64,000 nt of DNA. Origin: Acidimicrobiales bacterium (GTDB lineage Bacteria > Actinomycetota > Acidimicrobiia > Acidimicrobiales > Aldehydirespiratoraceae). How positions within the stretch are numbered: position 1 is the first letter of the stretch; each line of letters begins with the position of its first letter. This document shows positions 44,663 to 56,229 of this stretch, piece after piece. The notes beneath the pieces were generated by a model. That model did not search any database. It worked only from the letters and a program-made list of their open reading frames with translations, and had not been told where the DNA came from. The stretch lies in NCBI GenBank assembly GCA_965214285.1, contig OZ243946.1:2017207-2081206 (forward strand), read 5' to 3'. The position numbers were made by a program, and so were the translations under genes.

Positions 44663-45932
44663 TTCTCCCGACGGCAAGCCCATGCAGGTGCCCGCGCATC
44701 CCCTGGTGCCCACAGCCCCCGCTGCCCCCAAAGCCCCCGCCCGGCGCCCGATCCCGCCGGGTGCGACCGTGGGCATCGTCGGCGGCGGCCAACTCGGCCG
44801 CATGCTGGCCATGTGCGCCCGGCGTTTCGGCTACAAAGTAGCGGTGCTCACCGGCGGCCCCGAGAACACGCCCGCGGGGGTGCTGGCCGATGTCGAGATC
44901 GCCGCGCCGTTCAGCGACGCCGAGGCCATCGGGCGCTTCGTGGCCGCGGCCGACGTGATCACCTGGGAGTTCGAGAACGTCGACGTGTCGCTGGCCGAGG
45001 TTGCCGCTGCGGCTCAGGTGCCGGTGCGCCCGGCTGGTGCTCTCATCGCCATTGCCCAGGACCGCCAGAACGAGAAGCTCGCCCTAGAGAACGCAGGGCT
45101 GACCGTTGCGCCGTGGCGTGTGGCGGAGTCGTTCTTCGAGCTGCGCACCGCAGTCGAGGAGCTGGGCGTGCCCGTGATCGCCAAGGCCGCCCGCTTCGGC
45201 TACGACGGCAAGGCCCAGGCGCGCATCGACCACCCCAACCAGGCCGCCGGGGCCTGGAGCCGCCTCGGCGGGCAGCGCATGGTCGTGGAGTCCGTTGTCG
45301 GCTTCACAGCCGAGCTGTCGGTGGTGGTTGCCCGTGGGCTGGACGGCTCGATGGCCGACCACGGCGTCATGCAAAACGATCACGTGAACCACATCCTGGA
45401 TCTCACCACCGTGCCCGCGGACATCAGCGAGGCCACCGCCGCCGAGGCGACGGCGATCGCCCGCAGCGTCGCCGAGGCTCTCGACCTCGTAGGGGTGCTC
45501 TGCGTGGAGCTCTTCGCCACGCCCGACGGCCTGGTCGTCAACGAGATCGCGCCGCGGCCTCACAACAGCGGCCACTGCACCATCGAAGCCGCGCCCGCCA
45601 GTCAGTTCGAGCAGCAGCTCAGAGCCGTCTGCGGGCTGCCCCTGGGCGACGGGCGGTGCCGCCCGGCCGCCATGGCGCAACTACTCGGCGACCTCTGGGA
45701 CCGCGGCGAGCCGCCGTTCGCCGAGATACTCGACGAGAGTGTGAGCCTGCACCTCTACGGCAAGGCCGAGGCCCGGCCCGGTCGCAAGATGGGCCACATC
45801 ACAGCGCTGGGCGACTCGCCCGAGCAGGCACGCCGGCGTGTGCTGGATGCCCGCGCCAGGATCAGCCCGCCCGCTCAGCGGCAGTCGTCGCTGCCTGCTC
45901 CGCCGCCGGTGCCCGCGGAGGCCGCGCTGTGA
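44655..45932 (+). CDS. purK: N5-carboxyaminoimidazole ribonucleotide synthase PurK
   Basis: The ATG at 44655 lies 8 nt inside the purE 3' end. ATP-grasp motifs are [32 protein letters not shown] and [14 protein letters not shown]. Confidence 0.93.
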   Translation: MADSPDGKPMQVPAHPLVPTAPAAPKAPARRPIPPGATVGIVGGGQLGRMLAMCARRFGYKVAVLTGGPENTPAGVLADVEIAAPFSDAEAIGRFVAAADVITWEFENVDVSLAEVAAAAQVPVRPAGALIAIAQDRQNEKLALENAGLTVAPWRVAESFFELRTAVEELGVPVIAKAARFGYDGKAQARIDHPNQAAGAWSRLGGQRMVVESVVGFTAELSVVVARGLDGSMADHGVMQNDHVNHILDLTTVPADISEATAAEATAIARSVAEALDLVGVLCVELFATPDGLVVNEIAPRPHNSGHCTIEAAPASQFEQQLRAVCGLPLGDGRCRPAAMAQLLGDLWDRGEPPFAEILDESVSLHLYGKAEARPGRKMGHITALGDSPEQARRRVLDARARISPPAQRQSSLPAPPPVPAEAAL

Positions 45933-47394
45933 GCGCCTCGCCCTTCGAGGCCGCCGGCGCCCTGTCCTTCGAGGCCCCAGGCGCCGATCGGCCACGCGAA
46001 GAGTGCGGCGTCGTCGGCATCCACGCCGCCGGCGGCGAGGCGGCCCGGCTGTCGTTCTTCGCCCTGCACACCCTGCAGCACCGCGGCCAGGAGTCCGCCG
46101 GCATCGCCACCAGCGACCAGGGCAGCGTTCACGTCCACAAGGGCCAGGGCCTGGTGGCGGCCGTCTTCAACGAGGACAACGTGTCCACCCTCAAAGGCGA
46201 GTTCGCGGTCGGCCACACCCGCTACAGCACCACAGGCGGCACAGGTCTGCGCAACGCCCAGCCGGTGGTGATCGAGACCCTCGACGGCCCGCTCGGCCTG
46301 GCCCACAACGGCAACCTCATCAACGCCAACGTGCTGCGCCTCAGGCTGCTGGAGCGCGGCGTGGGCCTGCAGACATCCTCGGACACCGAGGTGATGCTGC
46401 ACATGCTGGCCGGGGCACGCGGCGACTGGCTGAGCCGGCTGAGCTGGCTGATGGGCGAGGCCGAGGGCGCTTTCGCCCTGACCGTGCTCACCAAGGACGC
46501 CGTCTACGGGGTGCGCGACCCGTGGGGGTTCCGCCCGCTGGTCGTCGGCGAGTTCGACGGCGGCCACATCCTGGCCTCGGAGACCTGCGCCTTCTCGGCC
46601 ATCGGCGCCGAGTTCGTCCGCGAGCTCGAGCCCGGCGAGATCGTGCGCATCGACGCCGACGGCCTGCACGTGCAGTCCGGCCCGGTCAGCCGCCAGCACG
46701 CCTTCTGCACCTTCGAGGAGATCTACTTCAGCCGGCCCGACAGCGTGCACCGCGGCCGCCTGGTCCACTCCACCCGCCAGCGCCTGGGCCGAGAGCTGGC
46801 CCGCGAGGCGCCCGTGGATGCCGACCTGGTGGTGCCCGTGCCCGACTCGGGCACCCCCCACGCCGTCGGCTTCGCCCAGGAGTCCGGCATTCCATACACC
46901 GACGGCCTGATCAAGAACCGCTACGTGGGGCGCACCTTCATCGAGCCCACCCAGCGCGGGCGCGAAGCCGCCGTGCGCATGAAGTTCAACCCGCTCGGCG
47001 ACAACCTCATCGGCAAGCGCCTGGTGATGGTCGACGACTCGATCGTGCGCGGCACCACCTCGGGGCCGCTGGTGCAGATGATGCGAGACGCCGGGGCCAG
47101 CGAGGTTCACGTGCGGGTGGCCTGCCCGACCATCGTCAGCGGCTGTTACATGGGCGTCGACATGGCGTCTCAGGACGAGCTGATCGCCGGCCACAAGTCC
47201 GTGGAGGAGATCCGCCAGTACATCGGCGCCGACTCGCTGGCGTTCCTTTCGATCGAGGCGATGATGAGCGCTCTGGAGTCCGGCGACGGCTACTGCAACG
47301 CCTGCTTCACCGGCGACTACCCGTTCGAGTCCGAGCGCTTCGTGCAGCTCGAGCTGCGCCCCAAGGCCAAGTTCGCCGACGTCTGGGGGGACTG

Positions 47395-47395
<1 letters not shown>
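45929..47395 (+). CDS. purF: Amidophosphoribosyltransferase PurF
   Basis: The GTG at 45929 overlaps the purK stop codon (GTGA). A propeptide of about 25 aa precedes the catalytic CGVVGI. Other motifs are LQHRGQESAGIA, HTRYSTTG, the PRPP motif VMVDDSIVRGTT, and the Fe-S Cys pair in GYCNACFTG. Confidence 0.95.
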
Positions 47396-48672
<1,277 letters not shown>

Positions 48673-48705
48673 TCGTGAGGCCCGAGCCGTGAGGACGAGC
48701 TGCCG

Positions 48706-49728
48706 ATGACCCGCTACGCAGACGCCGGGGTCGACATCGACGCCGCAAACGAGGCGGTGCGCATGATGGCCGACGCGGTCGCCTCCACCACGACCCCGTC
48801 GGTGCGCTCCGAGCTGGGGTCCTTCGGCGGGCTCTACTCGGTGGAGAATCTCGGTCTGCACGCCGTGCTGGCGGCATCCATCGACGGCGTCGGCACCAAG
48901 ACCGAGCTGGCCGCCCGCTACGGGCGCTGGCGCGGCCTCGGCATCGACGTGGTCAACCACTGCGTCGGCGACATCCTGGTGCAGGGTGCCCGCCCGCTGT
49001 TCGTGCTGGACTACATCGCCTGCGACCGCCTCGTGCCCGAGACCGTTGCCGAGATCGTGGGGGGCATGGCCTCGGCCTGCCGTGCCGCCGGCGCGGCCCT
49101 GCTGGGCGGCGAGACCGCCGAGATGCCCGGCGTCTACACCCAGGGCTCGGTCGACGTGGCAGCCGCCATCGTGGGCGCAGTGGAGCCGGCAGACCTGCTG
49201 CCGCGCAGCGAGGCGATGCGCCCCGGCGACGCCGTGATCGGCCTGGCCAGCGACAGCCCCCACACCAACGGCTACTCGCTGATCCGCCTGATCCTCGACC
49301 GCCTCGAAGACGGCGGGCAGCCCGTCGACGAGGCGATGATCGACTGGCTGCTGACCCCGCACCGCAGCTACCTGGCCGACGTGGCAGGCCTGCAGAACGC
49401 AGGCGTCGTGCTCAAGGGCCTGGCCCACATCACCGGCGGCGGCCTCTTCGAGAACCTGCCCCGCGTGCTGCCCGAGGGCCTGGGCGCCGAGATCGAGCTG
49501 GGTTCCTGGGATGTGCCCGAGGGCTTCCGGCGGCTGGTGGACTGGGGCAGCGTGGCCGACGACGAGGCCTTCCGAGCCTGGAACATGGGCATCGGCATGA
49601 CCGCTGTCGTCGACGAGGCCCAGGCGGCCGCTGCCGAAAGGCCGGGGCACCGCAGGATCGGCGTCCTGACCCCCCACGACGAGGCCGCCGGCGAGTCCCG
49701 GGTGAAGCTGGCGGGGGAGTGGCGGTGA
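48706..49728 (+). CDS. purM: Phosphoribosylformylglycinamidine cyclo-ligase PurM
   Basis: 340 aa with YADAGVDIDA, DGVGTK, LDYIA, GGETAEMPG and AHITGGG. Confidence 0.95.
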   Translation: MTRYADAGVDIDAANEAVRMMADAVASTTTPSVRSELGSFGGLYSVENLGLHAVLAASIDGVGTKTELAARYGRWRGLGIDVVNHCVGDILVQGARPLFVLDYIACDRLVPETVAEIVGGMASACRAAGAALLGGETAEMPGVYTQGSVDVAAAIVGAVEPADLLPRSEAMRPGDAVIGLASDSPHTNGYSLIRLILDRLEDGGQPVDEAMIDWLLTPHRSYLADVAGLQNAGVVLKGLAHITGGGLFENLPRVLPEGLGAEIELGSWDVPEGFRRLVDWGSVADDEAFRAWNMGIGMTAVVDEAQAAAAERPGHRRIGVLTPHDEAAGESRVKLAGEWR

Positions 49729-49813
49729 CTGCCCGGCGTGCGGTGAGCGCTGCCTGCCAACTGAAGCTCGCCAGGGGATCGCCGGTGACCGCCGCCCCGA
49801 CCAGGGACCGCCG

Positions 49814-50464
49814 GTGACAGCCCGGCTCGTGGTGCTGGCCTCCGGCAGCGGCAGCAACCTCGGCACAATCCTCGACGCCTGCGCTGCGGGCCGCATGGAC
49901 GCTCAGGTGGTGCTGGTCGCCTACAACCGTGCCGGCGCCTATGCCGCGGAGCGGGCAGAACAGCACGGCGTGCCTGCTCACTACGCACCCCTCGGCCCCT
50001 ACCGCAGAGGACCCGGCAGCGCCGCCGAGCAGCGCCGCGCCTACGACGCCGACCTGGCCGCAGCCGTCGCCGCAGCCGAGCCCGACCTGGTGATCCTCGC
50101 CGGCTGGATGCACCTGCTCAGCGACGCTTTCCTGGGTCGCTTCGCGGGCCGCGTCGTCAACCTGCATCCGGCCCTGCCCGGCTGCTTCCCAGGCGCCAAC
50201 GCCATCGACGACGCCTGGGCGGCGCACCTGCGCGACGGCCTCGACCACACCGGCGTGATGATCCACCTGGTGCCAGACGAGGGCATCGACGACGGCCCGG
50301 TGCTCGCCACGGAGCGAGTCGACATCCGCTCCGACGACACCCGCGAGTCGCTGGAGGAGCGCATCCACTCCGTGGAGCACCGGCTGCTGGTCAACACCCT
50401 CACGGCGCTCATCGCCGACCTGGGCCTCACCGCGCCGGGCTGGCGAGACCCCGCCCCCCGATGA
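49814..50464 (+). CDS. purN: Phosphoribosylglycinamide formyltransferase PurN
   Basis: 216 aa with VVLASGSGSNL, LAGWMHLLS, NLHPALPG, GVMIHLV.DEGIDDGPVL and HRLL. The start is a GTG. Confidence 0.93.
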   Translation: MTARLVVLASGSGSNLGTILDACAAGRMDAQVVLVAYNRAGAYAAERAEQHGVPAHYAPLGPYRRGPGSAAEQRRAYDADLAAAVAAAEPDLVILAGWMHLLSDAFLGRFAGRVVNLHPALPGCFPGANAIDDAWAAHLRDGLDHTGVMIHLVPDEGIDDGPVLATERVDIRSDDTRESLEERIHSVEHRLLVNTLTALIADLGLTAPGWRDPAPR

Positions 50465-51360
50465 GCGACCGACCTGCCGGCTGGCGGCTCTGGGTCGCCG
50501 GGGCCAGGCCGCGCACCCTGTCCGCGGCGCTAGTGCCGGTCGCGGTCGGCACCGCCGCAGCGGTCGGCCAGACCCCCGACTCCGGCGATCCCGTCGCCTG
50601 GTGGCGCGCCGGTGCGGCGCTGATCGTGGCCGTCGCCTTGCAGGTCGGGGTCAACTACGCCAACGACTACAGCGACGGCGTGCGCGGCACCGACGGCGCT
50701 GCCCGCGTCGGCCCGCTCCGCCTGGTCGGCTCGGGCCTGGCGTCGCCGCAGGCCGTACGCCGTGCCGCGGCGTTCTCGTTCGCAGTTGCCGCAGCAGCAG
50801 GTGCCGTGCTGGCATTCGTTGTCGGCCCGGAGCTGTGGGCGGTAGGCGCGGCCTCGCTGGCGGCGGGCTGGGCCTACACCGGCGGCCCCCGCCCCTATGC
50901 GCACCGGGGGCTCGGTGAGCTGTTCGTTTTCGTGTTCTTCGGGCTGGTCGCCACCGCCGGCACCTCCTACGTGCTGCTGGAGCGCCTCGACGGCCTCGCC
51001 GTTGCTTGCGGCGCAGTGGTCGGGCTCTGGGCGGTGGCCCTGCTGGTTGTCAACAACTTGCGCGACATCCCAGGCGACACCCAGGCCGCCAAGATCACCC
51101 TGGCGGTGCGCCTCGGCGACGCCCGCACCCGCAGCCTCTATGCGCTGGTCCAGATCCTGGCCGGGTTGGGCGCAGTCGCCATAACGGTCGCATGGCAGCG
51201 GCCTGCTGCGTTGGCACTGCTGGGTGCGCCGTTGGCTGTGAAGGCCGTCAGCTCGCTGCGCTGCGGGGCGACGGGGGAGGCACTGATCGGCGTGCTCGGC
51301 CTGACCGCGGGCGTCCAACTCGTCAGCGGCCTGGCGATGGCCGTCGGCCTGGCCCTCTGA
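50461..51360 (+). CDS. menA: 1,4-dihydroxy-2-naphthoate polyprenyltransferase MenA
   Basis: 299-aa polytopic UbiA-family protein with WVAGARPRTLSAALVPV, NYANDYSDGVRGTD and NNLRDIPGD. The ATGA overlaps the purN stop codon. Confidence 0.88.
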   Translation: MSDRPAGWRLWVAGARPRTLSAALVPVAVGTAAAVGQTPDSGDPVAWWRAGAALIVAVALQVGVNYANDYSDGVRGTDGAARVGPLRLVGSGLASPQAVRRAAAFSFAVAAAAGAVLAFVVGPELWAVGAASLAAGWAYTGGPRPYAHRGLGELFVFVFFGLVATAGTSYVLLERLDGLAVACGAVVGLWAVALLVVNNLRDIPGDTQAAKITLAVRLGDARTRSLYALVQILAGLGAVAITVAWQRPAALALLGAPLAVKAVSSLRCGATGEALIGVLGLTAGVQLVSGLAMAVGLAL

Positions 51361-51440
51361 TCCCCCGGGCGCAGCCGGGCGGCCGCTGACGGCCACGGCG
51401 AGCCGCTCGCTGACCCGCTGACGCCAGCCGCAGGCGTCGT

Positions 51441-52214
51441 CTATCGGTGGGTGGCGGTGATGAGTTGAGCGCCGCTGAACACCTCTCGCTCCACATCGCG
51501 GAAGCCCGCTGTCTCGAGCTCGGCACGAAGCTGCTTGGGCGGCGGCAGATACGCCATCGACTTCGGCAGGTAGGCATACGCCCGCCGATCCGACAACACC
51601 CCGCCGATTAGCGGCACGACCCGGTTGAAGTAGACACGGTGCGCCACACCCAGCACCCGGCCCTCGGGCGGCGAGGCATCCAGCAGGGCGATCCGCCCGC
51701 CGGGCCGCAGCACCCGTGCGGTCTCGGCGAAGAACGCAGGCAGGTCCACCAGGTTGCGCAACGCGAAGCCGCAGACGGCGCCGTCGAGACGGCCCGCGGG
51801 CAGCGGCAGCGCCGCGATGTCGGCGTGGACCAGCGGCGCACTGCAGCGCGCAGCCTGCAGCATCCCCATCGACAGGTCGAAGCCGATCGGGCGCATGCCG
51901 GCCTTCGCCAGCTCCCGGCAGAGGTCGCCGGTCCCGCATGCCAGGTCCGCGACCACGCTGCCCGGAGCCAGCCCGAGGCGTTTGACGGCGTTGCGGCGCC
52001 AGCGCACGTCGAGCCCGAAGGTCATCACCCGGTTCACCAGGTCATAGCGCCCGGCGATGGAGTCGAACATGGCGCGCACAACCCTGCGCTTCTCGTCGCC
52101 GCTGGGCAGCCGCGCAGGGTCGATCGCCTCGCCCGCCTCGCCGGCCTCGGCGCCTCGGCGCAGCGGCGAGCCCGAGCCCGCAGCCGATGCCCGCCGGCGC
52201 GCCCGGCGCTTCAC
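51441..52214 (-). CDS. menG: Demethylmenaquinone/ubiquinone methyltransferase (MenG/UbiE family)
   Basis: 257 aa with MFDSIAGRYDLVNRVMTFG.D..WR, the SAM motif VADLACGTGDL, and FALRNLVD. The basic, Gly-rich 45-aa N-extension makes the start uncertain. Confidence 0.88.
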   Translation of the reverse strand: MKRRARRRASAAGSGSPLRRGAEAGEAGEAIDPARLPSGDEKRRVVRAMFDSIAGRYDLVNRVMTFGLDVRWRRNAVKRLGLAPGSVVADLACGTGDLCRELAKAGMRPIGFDLSMGMLQAARCSAPLVHADIAALPLPAGRLDGAVCGFALRNLVDLPAFFAETARVLRPGGRIALLDASPPEGRVLGVAHRVYFNRVVPLIGGVLSDRRAYAYLPKSMAYLPPPKQLRAELETAGFRDVEREVFSGAQLITATHR

Positions 52215-52612
52215 CTGAAGAAGTAGCGCTGGTGCTGGCGGCTCATCGGGTGCAACAGCAGCGCCAGCAGGGCGACGTCGAACAGCAGCGATATCGGGTC
52301 ATACAGCAGCGACCTGGTCGAGCCGAAGGCGACCAGCAGGCCGCGCAGCACGAACGGCGCCGACGCCGCGGCGATGGCCAGCCGGTAGCCCCAGCGGCGC
52401 TCGTTGGCGATCCCGAACGCCCCGGCGAGCATGCCGATCGTGTCGAGCAGCACGAAGATTGCCCCGAGCTGTGCGCTGCCGAAGATCGAGATGCGCACCG
52501 AGCCGAAGATCAGCGTGAACAGCACCGCGAAGCCGCCGCGCCAATACAGCAGGAGCTGGGCGATGTAGAGGGTCTGCGGCTGACGGGGGTTGACCCACAC
52601 CTGGCCTGTCAT
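52211..52612 (-). CDS. Small integral membrane protein (133 aa), hypothetical
   Basis: The internal ATG at 52612 of track ORF 52211-52951 gives MTGQVWVNPRQPQTLYIAQLLLYW... with four predicted TM helices. Its stop codon overlaps the menG start (GTGA). The part of the track ORF upstream of this ATG is Arg-rich and looks non-coding. Confidence 0.6.
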   Translation of the reverse strand: MTGQVWVNPRQPQTLYIAQLLLYWRGGFAVLFTLIFGSVRISIFGSAQLGAIFVLLDTIGMLAGAFGIANERRWGYRLAIAAASAPFVLRGLLVAFGSTRSLLYDPISLLFDVALLALLLHPMSRQHQRYFFR

Positions 52613-52617
52613 GGCCC

Positions 52618-53325
52618 TCAGTATGGTGCTGCGCCGTCGCTGCGCGGCATCAGGCGGTAGGCGCGGTCCACGTGGTGACGCACGAAGCCGATGGCCGCGT
52701 ACACGGCGTTGGCGGGGTCGTTGTCGGACTCCACATACAGCATCCCGTCGGCCAGGCCCGCGTCCGCGAGCCAGGCGAGCCCGGCCAGCGTCATCGGCCG
52801 GCCCAGCCCCTTTCCGTGGTGGTCGGGGTCCACCGCGATCACGTAGATCTCGCCCAGCGGCGGATCCTGGTCGGCATGGATCTTCGTCCAGCAGAAGCCG
52901 ACCAGCTCGTCGCCCTCGTGGTGCAGCCGCAGCCCGTCGGGATCGAACCACGGCTCGCTCATGGATGCGCGCATCGCCTCGGGCGTCAGCGAGCCCTGCT
53001 CTGGGTGCCAGTGAAAGGCACGGTTGTTGAGCCTGATCACGTCGTCGATGTCGGCGTCGTCAAAACCGCGGGTCGCAAGCGGCGCCCCGGCGGCGGGCAG
53101 GCCGCAGCGGAGCTGCCAGAGGTCGCGGTAGGCGTCGAAGCCGAGCCCGCGGGCCGCGGCGTCCGCGTCGTCGTCAACCTGGCGGATCCAGAGCTGCACG
53201 GCACCCGCATGAGCCTGCAGCGCCGCGGCGAGATCGCCGGCGAGCGTGGCGTTGTCGCGCTCCTCGGCCACGATCACGCGCCAGGCGAACTCGCCGCCGA
53301 GCGGCCCCTCGACGCTGACCGTCAT
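52618..53325 (-). CDS. mshD: GNAT acetyltransferase, mycothiol synthase (MshD)-like short form
   Basis: 235 aa with NNRAFHWHPEQGSLT, GFCWTK, GEIYVIAVDPDHHGKGLGRPM and YVESDNDPANAVYAAIGF, which match the C-terminal catalytic GNAT domain of MshD. The N-terminal domain is much shorter than usual. Confidence 0.7.
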   Translation of the reverse strand: MTVSVEGPLGGEFAWRVIVAEERDNATLAGDLAAALQAHAGAVQLWIRQVDDDADAAARGLGFDAYRDLWQLRCGLPAAGAPLATRGFDDADIDDVIRLNNRAFHWHPEQGSLTPEAMRASMSEPWFDPDGLRLHHEGDELVGFCWTKIHADQDPPLGEIYVIAVDPDHHGKGLGRPMTLAGLAWLADAGLADGMLYVESDNDPANAVYAAIGFVRHHVDRAYRLMPRSDGAAPY

Positions 53326-53398
53326 GCCCGCAGGCTATGGCCGGCCCGGCCGAGCCGGCGGCCTGGCCCGGTACGTCGCCTGCAGGGCCGAGAGCCGC

Positions 53399-54745
53399 TC
53401 AGTCCCAGGCGACATGCAGTTCCGTCGGGCCTCGGAAGGTGATGTTGGGGAAGTAGCCGAAGCGCTGCCCCTCGACCAGCCGCAGGCTCGGGACCCGCTC
53501 GGCGAGGGCCTCGATCACGAGCTGCGTCTCCACCTTGGCGAAGCGCGCTCCCAGGCAGTAGTGAACGCCCTTGCCGAAGGAGATGTGGCGGTTGGCGTTG
53601 GGCCGGCGGATGTCGAAGCTGTCGGGCTGCTCCCAGATGTCGCCCTGGCGGTTGGCCGAGGCGAAGTTCAAGAACACCGCCGTGCCCGCCGGCACCTCCC
53701 AGCCGCCGACCACCGTGTCGCAGGTGGTGATGCGCCGCCACGACACCTGGCTGGAGTTGAAGCGCAGCACCTCCTCGATGGCGTTGGGGATCAGCGACGG
53801 GTCGGCGCACACCTCGTCCCACAGCGAGCGCCGCGGCAGCAGGCATTGCAGGGTGTTGCAGATCAGCGCCGTCACCGCCTCGTGGCCCGCGAACGAAAGG
53901 CCGTACACCACCGACTCAACCTCGCGGTAGCTGAGGTCGTCGGGGTTGGCCTCGTGGGCGTCGATCAGCTCCGAGGCGAAGTCGTCGCCTCGCCGGTCGC
54001 GCTTGGAGGCGACGAAGTCCCGGCAGTAGCGCCAGTAGGCGAGCATGTGCTCGGCGATCTCGGCCTGCTCGGCGGGCGTCGGCTTGCCCCACGAGAACGC
54101 CTTGCGGTCGCCGCACCAGCCCTTGAGCATCTCGTCGTCGCCCTCGGGGAAGCCGATGAATCGGAACACCGTCTCGCCCGGCAGCGGGAAGGCGAACGCC
54201 TCGATGAACTCCGCCGGCGACCCTGCGGCCAGCATGGCGTCGATCAGCTCGCGCGAGCGGCGCTCGATGTAGGGCATCAAGGTCTTGATTCGGCGGTTGG
54301 AGAAGCCGGCCCGGGTGTAGACCCGGATGCGCCCGTGGTCGGGCTCGGGACGGTTCGACATCACCGCCACCGGGTCGAAGTCCTCGGCGGCGAGCACGGC
54401 ATGAGCCTCAGGCGCCAGCGGGAACACCGGGTCCTGCACGTTGACCGAGGCGAAGGTCTCGTGGTCGGTGAAGATGCGCTCGATCTCGTCCATCTCGGTG
54501 ACGACCAGATATCCCAGCGACTCCGCGTAGAACACGCCGTGGCGCTCCCGCAGATCCGCGGCGATCGGGTAGGGATCGGCGAGGTAGTCGCTGTCGAGCG
54601 GGCTCCAGGATGCATGCACCGGGCAGCCCGCGGGCGGCGCCGGGGGAGCGTCGCGCTCCGTGTGATAGCTGCGCTGAGCGGGCGCAGCGCCCTCCGGTGC
54701 AGGCGCGTCTGCCTGCGCCGGGGCCGGGCTCTTCAGATCGGTCAT
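53399..54745 (-). CDS. Cytochrome P450
   Basis: Heme-ligand motif FGKGVHYCLGARFA, EXXR motif (EEVLRF) and I-helix (GHEAVTA). I chose the ATG at 54745 (MTDLKSP...); the track's upstream start at 54814 is the alternative. Confidence 0.92.
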   Translation of the reverse strand: MTDLKSPAPAQADAPAPEGAAPAQRSYHTERDAPPAPPAGCPVHASWSPLDSDYLADPYPIAADLRERHGVFYAESLGYLVVTEMDEIERIFTDHETFASVNVQDPVFPLAPEAHAVLAAEDFDPVAVMSNRPEPDHGRIRVYTRAGFSNRRIKTLMPYIERRSRELIDAMLAAGSPAEFIEAFAFPLPGETVFRFIGFPEGDDEMLKGWCGDRKAFSWGKPTPAEQAEIAEHMLAYWRYCRDFVASKRDRRGDDFASELIDAHEANPDDLSYREVESVVYGLSFAGHEAVTALICNTLQCLLPRRSLWDEVCADPSLIPNAIEEVLRFNSSQVSWRRITTCDTVVGGWEVPAGTAVFLNFASANRQGDIWEQPDSFDIRRPNANRHISFGKGVHYCLGARFAKVETQLVIEALAERVPSLRLVEGQRFGYFPNITFRGPTELHVAWD

Positions 54746-54862
54746 CGTGCAGACCCTAGTTGCGCCGCGGCGCTCGTGTCGGGCCATGCCGACAGGCCTC
54801 GGCGTCCAGCGCACGCCCGGCAGCGCAGGACTCGCGCCTGCGACCGATCCGCCCGACGCGCC

Positions 54863-55789
54863 TCAGCGGCGCAGCGGGCGGGGCCGATTGCCGATTCCAG
54901 ACTGGTTGGCGACGACTCCCGCCAGGGCGGCGACCACCACGGCCATTGCCGCCATCTGCACCACCGTCACCGCCTCGCCGAGGAACACCCAGGCCGCTGC
55001 CGCCGACACCACAGGGATGAACAGCGTGAACGTCGATCCCAGCCACAGCGGGATCCGCTGCAGCGACCAGTTCATCGCCGAGTGGCCGAAGAACCCTGCC
55101 ACGCCGACCAGCACCGCCAGCCACAGCCAGCTCTCGGCGCTCGGCGATGTCACGTCCTGGCCGAAGGCGAGCGCCAGCGGCAGGTTCACCAGCGCCGTCC
55201 ACAAGGCGGTGCCTGCGGTGTACTCGCTGGGGGAGATCACGCCCTTGGCCTGGCGCGAGAAGATGAAGTAGCTCGACCAAGCGAACAGGGCGCCGACCGC
55301 GAACAGGTTGCCGGCCAGCGAGGCGTCGGCCGACGGCGCCGAGTTGGTGATGACCACGATCACCCCCGCCAACGAGATCGCCCCCAGCAGCAGGTCACGC
55401 CGGCGGATCGACTCGCCGAAGAAGCGGTGAGCGACGATCGCCACCACCACCGGCTGCAGCGCCCCGATCACGGTGGCGTTGGCGATGCTGGTGAGCTTCA
55501 GCGCCGAGAAGAACATGGCCGCGTCCGCGGCCAGCGACAGCCCGCCCCACATCGAGCTGCGCATCGTGGCCCAGGTGACCCTGGTGCCTCGCAGCCACAG
55601 GAACCCGCTGAGCAGGATCCCGTAGAGCCCGAAGCGGTAGGCACCGAGCGCCATGGCGCCCATGTCGATGTGCTTGTTGACGACGGTGCCCAGGCCCCAC
55701 GCCGACACGGCCACCAGGGCACCTGCGATCCTAGCGCTTTGCTGCGAAGCCTCGGCTGCTGGTGCGGCCGGCTCGGCGGCATCGGGCAT
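54863..55789 (-). CDS. EamA/DMT-superfamily transporter
   Basis: 308 aa with 10 predicted TM helices in two EamA-like halves (…WGLGTVVNK… and …WSSYFIFSRQ…). Confidence 0.85.
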   Translation of the reverse strand: MPDAAEPAAPAAEASQQSARIAGALVAVSAWGLGTVVNKHIDMGAMALGAYRFGLYGILLSGFLWLRGTRVTWATMRSSMWGGLSLAADAAMFFSALKLTSIANATVIGALQPVVVAIVAHRFFGESIRRRDLLLGAISLAGVIVVITNSAPSADASLAGNLFAVGALFAWSSYFIFSRQAKGVISPSEYTAGTALWTALVNLPLALAFGQDVTSPSAESWLWLAVLVGVAGFFGHSAMNWSLQRIPLWLGSTFTLFIPVVSAAAAWVFLGEAVTVVQMAAMAVVVAALAGVVANQSGIGNRPRPLRR

Positions 55790-55836
55790 CGGCGGACCCT
55801 AGCGCCGCCGCTGTCTGCCCAAGCCGGCCCGGCCGG

Positions 55837-56229
55837 TCAGGCCTGCGCTGCGGCTATGTCGGCTGTGTCGTCGTCGGCCTTGGCGCTGTTCTCGGCCACG
55901 AACGACTCGTACACCCGGATCAGCACCCGCCGCTGGTCCGCGCTGAGGCCGCTTTGGGCACGGATCGCCGACACCAGGTCCGACTCTCGTTCCTCGTCGA
56001 GGATCCCGGCCTGCACGTACAGCGACTCCGCGGACACCTCCAGGGTGCGGGCCAGCTTCTGCAGGATGCCCGCGCTCGGGCGCTTCAGGCCGCGCTCGAT
56101 CTGGCTCATGTAGGTGTTGGAGACGCCGGCGAGGTCGGCGAGCTTGCGGACCGACAGCTTGGCCTGCCGTCGCTGGGCCCTTATGTGCTCGCCGAGCTCG
56201 TGCCAGGCCTCCCGAGGATCAGACGGCAT
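55837..56229 (-). CDS. XRE-family helix-turn-helix transcriptional regulator
   Basis: The internal ATG at 56229 gives 130 aa: MPSDPREAWHELGEHIRAQRRQAKLSVRKLADLAGVSNTYMSQIERGLKRPSAGILQKLARTLEVSAESLYVQAGIL..., a canonical Cro/C1 HTH. It overlaps the upstream gene by 11 nt. Confidence 0.9.
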   Translation of the reverse strand: MPSDPREAWHELGEHIRAQRRQAKLSVRKLADLAGVSNTYMSQIERGLKRPSAGILQKLARTLEVSAESLYVQAGILDEERESDLVSAIRAQSGLSADQRRVLIRVYESFVAENSAKADDDTADIAAAQA

